Assembly (NCBI GenBank): GCA_027488755.1
Contig: JAIYAZ010000047.1
Location: 95,982-159,981, forward strand
Direction: 5' to 3'
Source: Verrucomicrobiaceae bacterium
GTDB taxonomy: Bacteria > Verrucomicrobiota > Verrucomicrobiia > Chthoniobacterales > JAATET01
Length of the DNA stretch: 64,000 nucleotides
A program made the translations under genes and the position numbers. Positions 20,799 to 28,384 of this stretch are shown in pieces. The notes beneath the pieces are model-generated. The model saw only the letters and a list, made by a program, of their open reading frames with translations. It ran no database searches and was not told the DNA's origin. The number at the start of each line of letters is the position of its first letter. Within the stretch, counting starts at the first letter, position 1.

Positions 20799-21497
20799 TT
20801 AGACTTCGCCCTCGGTGGGAATCCGCCGTCGCAGCAGGAGCGCGCCCAGTGCGGCCGCCCCCAGGAGTAGGGCGACCGACGGCTCGGGAACCGGCGTGAA
20901 TTGCACCGCGCTCACGCCGAAGGAGAAAGTCGGGGGTCCACTGATGACCAGCTCCACTTCGTTGACCCCGTTGAGGAAGGCCGGGGAGTAGCCGCTGAGC
21001 GTGCGCACGTCAAAAAACACGTTGTAGCCGGTCACGGTAGACGTCAGCGCCGTCGCTCCCGTGAGCGTGATCCCGGCCGACGAATTCGTGAGCGACACGT
21101 TGAGCAGAGGCGGCGACGAATCGGCAATCAGATCTCTAATGGTCACCTCGAGGAAAACGTTCGGGCCGAGATCGAGGTCGAGTAACGTGTAATCGAGCGT
21201 GATCTCCCCCGTCCCGGTCCCGATCCCGATCCCGATCACATTCGCGCCCCAATCGCCGTCCCCGTTGATGTTGCTCTGCACGTCGGCGCTGTCCGTCGCG
21301 GCCACCGACAGCCGCCGACTGGCGGGAGAGCCGTCGATCGTCACCGGCGTAAAGGTGCTCTGGGGAAAGCCCGCCGTGGCCACCACCGAGCCCGTCGAGA
21401 GCTGGAAGGAGTCGAGCACGATTTGCGCGCGGGCCTCCGCCCCGATCCAAAGACTCCCCGCAACGATGGCGATACCCAACCTGGTGAACGAAACCAT
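20799..21497 (-). CDS. PEP-CTERM sorting-domain protein (putative exosortase substrate)
   Basis: Trimmed to MVSFTRLGIAIVAGSLWIGAEARA (signal peptide; ATG at 21497). C-terminus is TPVPEPSVALLLGAAALGALLLRRR. Confidence 0.75.
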   Translation of the reverse strand: MVSFTRLGIAIVAGSLWIGAEARAQIVLDSFQLSTGSVVATAGFPQSTFTPVTIDGSPASRRLSVAATDSADVQSNINGDGDWGANVIGIGIGTGTGEITLDYTLLDLDLGPNVFLEVTIRDLIADSSPPLLNVSLTNSSAGITLTGATALTSTVTGYNVFFDVRTLSGYSPAFLNGVNEVELVISGPPTFSFGVSAVQFTPVPEPSVALLLGAAALGALLLRRRIPTEGEV

Positions 21498-21599
21498 CCC
21501 TCGGCGTAATCCAGTCTCCCGTCTCTCGCAAGGCAATGCATGTCCCGGCGTGCGGTTGCCTCGAGCCGCCGGGGGGGCCTTCGGAGGCGCGAGCGAGGC

Positions 21600-21700
21600 T
21601 CCCGGCGCGGACGTCGCGGCATCTCCCGTGGAGCGCGTCGGGTCCTCCCGCGGGCGTTGGTGGAAGAACCCCTCCGCCGGCTTCCCATCACGCGGCCGCC
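21600..21700 (-). repeat. Copy A of a ~100-bp direct repeat (decayed copy of the 3' end of ORF 23341..23592)
   Basis: The 19-nt identical core ggagcgcgtcgggtcctcc lies at 21630-21648 and again at 23383-23401. The flanks are ~70-75% identical. On the - strand copy A reads GKPAEGFFHQRPREDPTRSTGDAATSAPG, against GQPERAEEFFNQSLLEDPTRSSGDDAPPAPA in copy B. Confidence 0.7.
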
Positions 21701-21767
21701 GCCCTCTTGGTTTTTGTCCTGAGAATACGCTGGTTTGCATAGGTCCATCGGGCTACATCCTGCCCTC

Positions 21768-23180
21768 ATGAACCGCATCGCCTCGGTCTTGCTTGCCTGG
21801 GGGATCGCGTTTGGCGCGGCCCACGCCGAACTCACGGAACCCGTCGTCATTCCGCTCACCAACTACAGCGAAGCGGGCCGATTGGCCATTCATGTCCGGC
21901 TCGGCACCAACCCGACCTATTTCCCCTACATTCTGGACACCGGGTCCTTCGCGTTTTTTACCGCTTTAGGCAACGCCACCGCCTGGGCGGGCCTCATCAG
22001 CGGAAACACGACCTCGGACACCTTCACGGCCAACTACACCGGCGGCCGGGGCTACACCGGAAACGCGGCCCACACCGACGTGCACTTCCAAATCGTGGGC
22101 GGCGGGAACTTCACCGTCACCGGCGCCACCATGGGCGCGATCACGCAGGCGACGTCGAATGGCACGATCTTGACCCAATGGGACGCCGACATCAACGCTC
22201 CCACGCCGATCCCCCCCGAGCCCCCGGGCCAACACCTCTTTTTCGGCACGTTCGGAGCGGGGCTTTTTGCGGTAAAAACGACCACGGCGAATCAGACGGA
22301 CGGGGTAAGGCTCCCCAGCGTCTTGAACCAGGTGGACTACGGAAGTTTGACCCCCGGTTGGATCATCCACACCGGCGGTCCGAACTCCCAGTCGGCGACT
22401 CTCACCGTGGGGTTGACCCCGCAGTTGGTGGAATCGTTCCCGATCATCCTTCCCCTGAACCCGGCAAGGGGCAGCGCGACCATCAAAAACAAAAACGGCA
22501 CCACCTCCCTGCTCTTTTCGGAAGATCAAACCAAAGCGACCTGCACCGTCGTGGGAGGAGGGCGCCCCATCCGGACGAACGTTTCGGTGGTCTTTGATAC
22601 GGGCGGCACCCTCTACCCGAAGATCGGTCCGGGAGTCGTCCCCGGCTCCCTCGTCGCCGCCAAATACGTGTCCCCCAAGGCATCCGTCTTCCTGAGCACG
22701 AATTCCGGGTCAAAAAACCCGCTCACGAACCTCGACTGGACCATCCAGCAGGCCGACACCACCAAGAATCTCATCTCGGTGGGTCAGACTGGCAGTTCCG
22801 CCACCATCAACACCGGCATCCCGCTCTTCTACAGTTACGACGTCATGTTCGACCTGAAGGCCGGCGTCGTCGGCCTGCGCCCGGTCTGGAGCCCGACCCG
22901 GCCGTATGTGGGCCCCACCAGGAACCGCGTGACCGGATCCCCCCAATCTCCGACGCTCCGGATATCCGGGGATTGCAGCAGCCCGGTGGGCCTGCGGCGG
23001 GTGACCGTCCGCAACGTCACCGCCGGTTCGCAACGCAACCTCACCGGCAACGGCCCGTGGACGGTTTCGCTCCGAGCGGAGCCCGGAGCAAAGAACCTCA
23101 TCCTCATCGAAGCCATCGACCTGCTCGGGAAAAAATCCGTTCTGCGGAAGACCATCGCGGTGGGCGGCACGCCGAAATAA
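21768..23180 (+). CDS. Secreted protein with two D-T-G motifs: putative bilobal pepsin-like (A1-type) aspartic peptidase with a C-terminal Ig-like extension
   Basis: Start trimmed to MNRIASVLLAWGIAFGAAHA (signal peptide). First motif YILDTGSFAFF (Asp codon 21936-21938). Second motif VVFDTGGTLYP (Asp codon 22596-22598), about 220 aa later. 470 aa. Confidence 0.5.
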   Translation: MNRIASVLLAWGIAFGAAHAELTEPVVIPLTNYSEAGRLAIHVRLGTNPTYFPYILDTGSFAFFTALGNATAWAGLISGNTTSDTFTANYTGGRGYTGNAAHTDVHFQIVGGGNFTVTGATMGAITQATSNGTILTQWDADINAPTPIPPEPPGQHLFFGTFGAGLFAVKTTTANQTDGVRLPSVLNQVDYGSLTPGWIIHTGGPNSQSATLTVGLTPQLVESFPIILPLNPARGSATIKNKNGTTSLLFSEDQTKATCTVVGGGRPIRTNVSVVFDTGGTLYPKIGPGVVPGSLVAAKYVSPKASVFLSTNSGSKNPLTNLDWTIQQADTTKNLISVGQTGSSATINTGIPLFYSYDVMFDLKAGVVGLRPVWSPTRPYVGPTRNRVTGSPQSPTLRISGDCSSPVGLRRVTVRNVTAGSQRNLTGNGPWTVSLRAEPGAKNLILIEAIDLLGKKSVLRKTIAVGGTPK

Positions 23181-23340
23181 AGCCCTCCCCCCGAGGCATC
23201 CATCGACATCAACGGCGGGATCCGACGCCCCCCCGCCGCGGCGCGAAAGCCGCGCAGGCTGCGGAAGCGTCACCCGGTGAGCATCGGGAACTCTGCCCCG
23301 CAAAGTTTCCCCCCGCCCGAGGTCCGGCCTGGCCCCGCCG

Positions 23341-23592
23341 CTAGGGCTGGGCCGCCGGCGCGGGCGGCGCGTCGTCGCCGGAGGAGCGCGTCGGGTCCTC
23401 CAGCAGGCTTTGGTTGAAGAATTCCTCCGCCCGCTCGGGCTGGCCGAGGTTTGCGTTCGCCAGATCGAGCAACGCCGCCGCAACGAAGCGGTCCAGCAAC
23501 GCCGGCACCTGCGCCAGCGTCGCGCGGTGGTATTCGCTCGTGCCCCGGCGGAAAAACTCCGCGTAACCCCGCGCTCCCGCGGTCGAACGCAT
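23341..23592 (-). CDS. Small hypothetical ORF with a TPR-like fragment (possibly a gene remnant); carries repeat copy B at about 23353-23453
   Basis: 83 aa with high GC3. LANANLGQPERAEEFFNQSLLEDP resembles a TPR helix pair. Starts 34 nt downstream of nrdA. Confidence 0.3.
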   Translation of the reverse strand: MRSTAGARGYAEFFRRGTSEYHRATLAQVPALLDRFVAAALLDLANANLGQPERAEEFFNQSLLEDPTRSSGDDAPPAPAAQP

Positions 23593-23625
23593 CGCGCACC
23601 CGCCCCTCGCGTTAGCGGGTGCCGG

Positions 23626-26600
23626 CTACTGGCACGCCTCGCACTCCCCGCCGTTGCGCATGGCTTCGATGGAGCAGGCGGTTTTTTCGGCGGCGGTGAA
23701 TTCCTTCTTCGCCGGGGCGGCGGCCGTTGTGGTCGCGCCGGCGCCGGCGTGGCCGCGGACTTCCTTCTTCGCGCTGGTGGTGGCGCCTTCGATGTTCGAG
23801 GCACCCGTGGAGCGGAGGTAGTAGGTGGTCTTCAGGCCGGTGTGCCAGGCGCGGCGATACATGTGGCTGAGCACTTTCAGGTCGGGCTCTTCGATGAAGA
23901 GGTTCACGCTCTGGCTCTGGTCGATCCACTTCTGCCGGCGGGCGGCGGCGTCGATGATGAACTCAAAGGGGACCTTGAAGACTGTGAGGTGCTTGCGCTT
24001 GAGGTCGGCGGGGATGTCTTCGAGGTTTTCGAGCTCGCCGCCGAAATACTTGAGCTGGTCGAGCATGGCGTCGTTCCACTTCCCGATTTTCTTGAGGTCG
24101 CGGACGAGTTCGCCGCTGAGGATGGTGTATTTGCCGCCGAGGTTTTCCTTCACGAAGAGGTTCTTGAAGTTCGGCTCGATGCAGGGGGTGGTGCCGGTGA
24201 TGTTTGAGATGGTGGCAGTCGGCGCGATGGCGAGGACGTTGCTGTTGCGCATGCCCTGGCGCTTGATTTTCTCGCGCACGGGGTGCCAGTCGAGCTTGCC
24301 GCCGCGGGGGACGTCGATCTTGATGCCGCGCTCCTGCTCGAGGAGGTCGAGGGTGTCCTGCGGGAGGAGGCCGCGGTCCCACTTCGACCCGCGGTAGCTG
24401 CTGTAGGCGCCGCGTTCGGCGGCGAGGTCGCTGGAGGTGGAGTAGGCGAAGTAGGCGATGGCCTCCATGAATTCGTCGTTAAACTCGACGGCTTCGGCGC
24501 TGGCGAAGCTGAGGCTGCGTTTGAAGAGGGCGTTCTGCACGCCCATGACGCCGAGGCCGATGGGGCGGTGGCGCTGGTTCGAGCGTTTGGCGGCTTCGGT
24601 GGGGTAGAAGTTGATGTCGATGACGTTATCGAGGGCGCGGACGGCGACGGTGATGGTCTCGCGGAGCATGTCGAGGTCGAGCTCGCCGTTGTCCTTCACG
24701 TGGGTGTCGAGGATGACGGAGCCGAGGTTGCAGACGGCGGTCTCGTCCTCGGAGGTGTTGAGCGTGATCTCGGTGCAGAGGTTCGAGCTGTGGATGACGC
24801 CGGCGTGGTCCTGCGGGCTGCGAACGTTGCAGGGGTCCTTGAAGGTGATCCAAGGGTGGCCGGTCTCGATGAGCATTTTGAGCATGCTCTTCCAGATTTC
24901 GAGGGCGGGGACTTCGCGGCCGAAGATTTTGCCTTCCCGGGCGAGTTGCTCGTAGTGGGCGTAGCGGTCCTCGAACTTACGGCCGTAGAGGTCGTGGAGG
25001 TCGGGGGTCTCGTTGGCGCGGAAGAGGGTCCAGTTTTGGCGGGCCTCCATGCGCTTCATGAAGAGGTCGGGGATCCAGTTCGCGGTGTTGAGGTCGTGAG
25101 TGCGGCGGCGTTCGTCGCCGGTGTTGCGGCGGAGTTCGAGGAAGTCCTCGATGTCGTTGTGCCAGGTCTCGAGGTAGGCGCAGCCGGAGCCGCGGCGTTT
25201 GCCGCCCTGGTTGACGGCGACGAGCTGGTCGTTGTGGAGCTTGAGGAAGGGGATGACGCCCTGGCTTTCGCCGTTGGTGCCCTTGATGTAGCCGCCGGTG
25301 CCGCGGACGGCGGTCCAGGAGCCGCCGAGGCCGCCGGCCCACTTCGAGAGGTAGGCGTTTTCGGCGATGCCGCGCTGCATGATGGACTCGAGGGAGTCGT
25401 CGATCTTGTAGAGGTAGCAGCTGGAGAGCTGGCTGTGGGGGGTGCCGGAGTTAAAGAGCGTGGGGGTGCTGGAGCAGAAGCGGCGGCCTTTGTAGAGGTT
25501 GTAGAGGCGGATCACCCATTCCTCGCGGTCCTTGGGCTCTTCGATGAAGAGGCCCATGGCGACGCGCATCCAGAAGAACTGCGGGGTCTCGACGCGGCGG
25601 GCGGGTTTGCGGGTCTTGTCGACGATGAGGTAGCGGTCATACATCGTCTGGATGCCGAGGTAGTCGAAGTCGAGGTCGGCGCTGGGGTCGAGGGCGTCGG
25701 CGAGGCGGTCGAGCTGGTAGCCGAGGAGCTTCGGCGAGAGGCGTTCGATGGTGACGCCGTGACGGAGGTAGGCCTTGAAGGCTTTTTTGTGGGCGTCCTT
25801 GAGGCCTTCGATGCCGTCGCGGACGATGTTCCAGTCGAGGACTTCCTCGTAGATGTAGGAGAGGAGGATGCGGCCGGCGAATTTCGCGAAGTCGGCGTCG
25901 CGTTCGATGAGGGATTTGGCGTTGAGGACGATGGTCTCGCGGAGGCCGTCTTCGGTGGTCTCGGCGCCGATGGAGCGGCGGAGTTCGCGTTCGATGGTGT
26001 CGGCGTCGAGGTTGAGTTCGAGGCCGATGGCGGCGAAGGCGATGCGGGCGCGGAGCTCGGTGCCGTCCCAGAGGTCGGTGGTGCCGTTGCGGCGCTGGAC
26101 GGTGACGAAGGTGGCCTGCTGGGCGTCGTCGACGGGGGCGGCGGGGCGTTCCTCGCGGAGCTGGCGGCGGTGGGCGCGGTAGAGGACGTAGCTGGCGGCG
26201 ACCTTGTAGTAGCCCTGGCGCATGAGTTCCTCCTGAACCATGTCCTGGACGTCTTCGATGTGGACGAAGGCCTGGTCGCCGCGGCGGACGCGCTCGGTGA
26301 TGGCGCGGGCGACGAGGGAGGCGGGTTCGGCGTCCTCCTTCTCGTCGAGGAAGGCCTTGCGGACGGCGTTTTCGATTTTGTCCTCGATCCAGGGGACGAC
26401 GGCGCCGTTGCGGCGGATGAGGCGGACGGTGACGGGGGTCTCGTCGGCCTCGGTCACGCGGAAGCTGCCGCCGCGGGCGGAGCGGCTGAAGACGAGGCTT
26501 TTGGCGACGTCGTGGGCGTCGTTTTCGATGAGGGCCTTCTCGATGAGGAGGGAGAGGTCGTTCTCGGAGAGCTTGAGCGTGCGGCCTTCGGCGACCTGCT

Positions 26601-26895
26601 CGGCGAGTTTCTCGGCGACGGAGTGGGCGACGTTGGCAACGAGGCCGCGGTTGTGGTCGTTGAAGATGTCGGATTCCTCGCGGGAGAGGAGGAGGTCGGT
26701 GAGGGCGTTGCCGATTTCGTCGGCGACGTCGGCGAGCTGGAAGGTGCGCTCCTCGCCGCCGCGGGTGACGCGGATCTCGGGGCGTTCCTCGGCGATGAGG
26801 ACCTCGCGCCACTTGTAGTCGGGCTTTTGCTCGCGCGGGGTGGTGACGATTCGTTTGAGGACGAGGTCTTCTTCGAGGGTGAGCTTACGGATCAT
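23626..26895 (-). CDS. nrdA: Ribonucleoside-diphosphate reductase alpha subunit with an extended N-terminal (multi ATP-cone-like) region
   Basis: 1089 aa. CSSTPTLFNSGT, SSCYL, NLCTEI, a C-terminal Cys pair in a GGECEACQ tail. The ~250-aa N-terminal extension resembles that of chlamydial R1. Confidence 0.95.
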   Translation of the reverse strand: MIRKLTLEEDLVLKRIVTTPREQKPDYKWREVLIAEERPEIRVTRGGEERTFQLADVADEIGNALTDLLLSREESDIFNDHNRGLVANVAHSVAEKLAEQVAEGRTLKLSENDLSLLIEKALIENDAHDVAKSLVFSRSARGGSFRVTEADETPVTVRLIRRNGAVVPWIEDKIENAVRKAFLDEKEDAEPASLVARAITERVRRGDQAFVHIEDVQDMVQEELMRQGYYKVAASYVLYRAHRRQLREERPAAPVDDAQQATFVTVQRRNGTTDLWDGTELRARIAFAAIGLELNLDADTIERELRRSIGAETTEDGLRETIVLNAKSLIERDADFAKFAGRILLSYIYEEVLDWNIVRDGIEGLKDAHKKAFKAYLRHGVTIERLSPKLLGYQLDRLADALDPSADLDFDYLGIQTMYDRYLIVDKTRKPARRVETPQFFWMRVAMGLFIEEPKDREEWVIRLYNLYKGRRFCSSTPTLFNSGTPHSQLSSCYLYKIDDSLESIMQRGIAENAYLSKWAGGLGGSWTAVRGTGGYIKGTNGESQGVIPFLKLHNDQLVAVNQGGKRRGSGCAYLETWHNDIEDFLELRRNTGDERRRTHDLNTANWIPDLFMKRMEARQNWTLFRANETPDLHDLYGRKFEDRYAHYEQLAREGKIFGREVPALEIWKSMLKMLIETGHPWITFKDPCNVRSPQDHAGVIHSSNLCTEITLNTSEDETAVCNLGSVILDTHVKDNGELDLDMLRETITVAVRALDNVIDINFYPTEAAKRSNQRHRPIGLGVMGVQNALFKRSLSFASAEAVEFNDEFMEAIAYFAYSTSSDLAAERGAYSSYRGSKWDRGLLPQDTLDLLEQERGIKIDVPRGGKLDWHPVREKIKRQGMRNSNVLAIAPTATISNITGTTPCIEPNFKNLFVKENLGGKYTILSGELVRDLKKIGKWNDAMLDQLKYFGGELENLEDIPADLKRKHLTVFKVPFEFIIDAAARRQKWIDQSQSVNLFIEEPDLKVLSHMYRRAWHTGLKTTYYLRSTGASNIEGATTSAKKEVRGHAGAGATTTAAAPAKKEFTAAEKTACSIEAMRNGGECEACQ

Positions 26896-26952
26896 GGCGG
26901 CGGCAGCGGGCGGTGGTGGGTTTTGTTCCGGGGAGAACGGGGCGGTGGAGAA

Positions 26953-28047
26953 TTAGAGTTCGTCGTCGTCGGCGTCCTTGATGGCGGCGGCGCGGCGGTA
27001 GTCGGTGACGCGGCTTTCGAAGAAGTTGGATTCCTTGCGGAGGTCCATCATTTCGGCGAGCCAGGGGAGGGGGTTCGCGATCGGGCCGTTGAGGGGCTCG
27101 AGGCCGACGTCGACGAGGCGGCGGTCGCCGATGTAGTCGATGTAGGTGAGGAATTCCTCCTTGGTGAGGCCGACGGCGGAGACGGGCAGGCAGTCGGCGA
27201 TGAAGTCCTTCTCGAGGCGGACGGCTTCGCGCATGGTGGCGCGGAGTTCCTCGCGGAAGTCCTCGGTCCAGATTTCCTGGTTCTCCTCGATGAGGTCCAT
27301 GAGGAGGTTGCGGAAGACCTCGATGTGGTTGCTCTCGTCGCGGAGCGTGTAGCTGAACATCTGGCCGATGCCGGGGAACTTCGTCTGGCGGTAGAGCGCG
27401 AGGACCATGCCGAAGAGGCCGTAGAACTGCGTGCCTTCCATGCACTGGCCGAAGAGGAAGATGTTCTTCGCGAGGGCCTGCTTGCCTCCGACGGTGGAGA
27501 GGTCCATGTCGCGGCGCAGGGAGCGGCTGTTGCTCACGACGAACTCGGTCTTTTGTTTGATCGTGGCGATGTCCTCGAACATGGCCTCGCATTCGTGCGG
27601 GTTGATGCCGAGCGAGCTGATCATGTAGACGAGCGAGTCGGCGTGGATGTTCTCCTCGTGGGCGTGGCGGCCGAGCACGAGCTTCAGCTCGGGGGCGGTG
27701 ACGAGTTCGCGGACGACGTGCTGGATGTTGTCGCCGACGATGCCTTCGGCGGCGGAGAAGTAGCCGATGGCCATTTTGATGATCCAGCGCTCGGTCTCGG
27801 AGATCTTGCCGGAGTCGTCGCGCCATTGCTCGATGTCGCGCTGCATCTGGATGTCCTCGGGTTCCCAGTGGTTCGCCTTCATCGTCTTGTAGAGATCGTA
27901 GGCCCAGGCGTATTTGACCGGCAGGATGTTGAAGAACATCGTGTCGCGGCCGTTGATGACGCGCTTGGCGGCGTAGGCGGCTTCGGCTTTCTCCCGGTCG
28001 AGAATGAAGGTGCGATCGCCGATCTGGATGGTGGTGGTCTGGGACAT
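26953..28047 (-). CDS. nrdB: Ribonucleotide reductase beta subunit, class Ic-like (R2c)
   Basis: 364 aa. YFSAAEGIVGDNI carries E101 where class Ia has Asp. HEENIHADSLVYM carries E132 and H135, with Leu139 at the position of the radical Tyr. MEGTQFYGLF, RDESNHI. Confidence 0.95.
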   Translation of the reverse strand: MSQTTTIQIGDRTFILDREKAEAAYAAKRVINGRDTMFFNILPVKYAWAYDLYKTMKANHWEPEDIQMQRDIEQWRDDSGKISETERWIIKMAIGYFSAAEGIVGDNIQHVVRELVTAPELKLVLGRHAHEENIHADSLVYMISSLGINPHECEAMFEDIATIKQKTEFVVSNSRSLRRDMDLSTVGGKQALAKNIFLFGQCMEGTQFYGLFGMVLALYRQTKFPGIGQMFSYTLRDESNHIEVFRNLLMDLIEENQEIWTEDFREELRATMREAVRLEKDFIADCLPVSAVGLTKEEFLTYIDYIGDRRLVDVGLEPLNGPIANPLPWLAEMMDLRKESNFFESRVTDYRRAAAIKDADDDEL

Positions 28048-28180
28048 GAGGATGCGGAGCGGTTTTCGGGTTATCTGGGCGTCAGGGAGGGCGACCGTGC
28101 CTTTTACAACGTCCCGGCGCGGTGGTTTCCCAACGTGTCAAAAACGTTACGTGAGACGGGGGTCGGGGGTCAATCAAAAA

Positions 28181-28228
28181 CCACTAGGGATTGTGGTTAT
28201 GGGAAAAAATTGCCACTACGGGCGGTGT
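28181..28228 (-). promoter_or_regulatory. Candidate tandem NrdR boxes upstream of nrdB
   Basis: ccactagggattgtgg (28181-28196) and ccactacgggcggtgt (28213-28228) are two 16-bp imperfect palindromes 32 bp apart. They match the published NrdR consensus acaCwAtATaTwGtgt at about 11/16 and 9/16. They lie 134-181 nt upstream of the nrdB ATG. Confidence 0.45.
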
Positions 28229-28384
28229 AAATCGAAAATTCCTCCATTTTGCCGCTTGACGCTTCGGGAGCCCCGCTGGAGGCCGCAGAAACGGGCCTTT
28301 TCGCGGGGTAGCCCGGCTGGAGCTTGCAGCCGAGCGGCTGGGCGTGGGGTTGCCAGCGGGGAGGCCCGGTTTTAGGCTGGGGAG

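Noticed and set aside
28048-28384. Cobalamin riboswitch in the long nrdB leader (GCCACT-like strings caught my eye)
   Set aside because: The CCACTA strings are parts of two phased 16-bp palindromes, better explained as NrdR boxes. I could not recognise a B12-box or the surrounding conserved helices. This needs an Rfam/Infernal scan to be certain.
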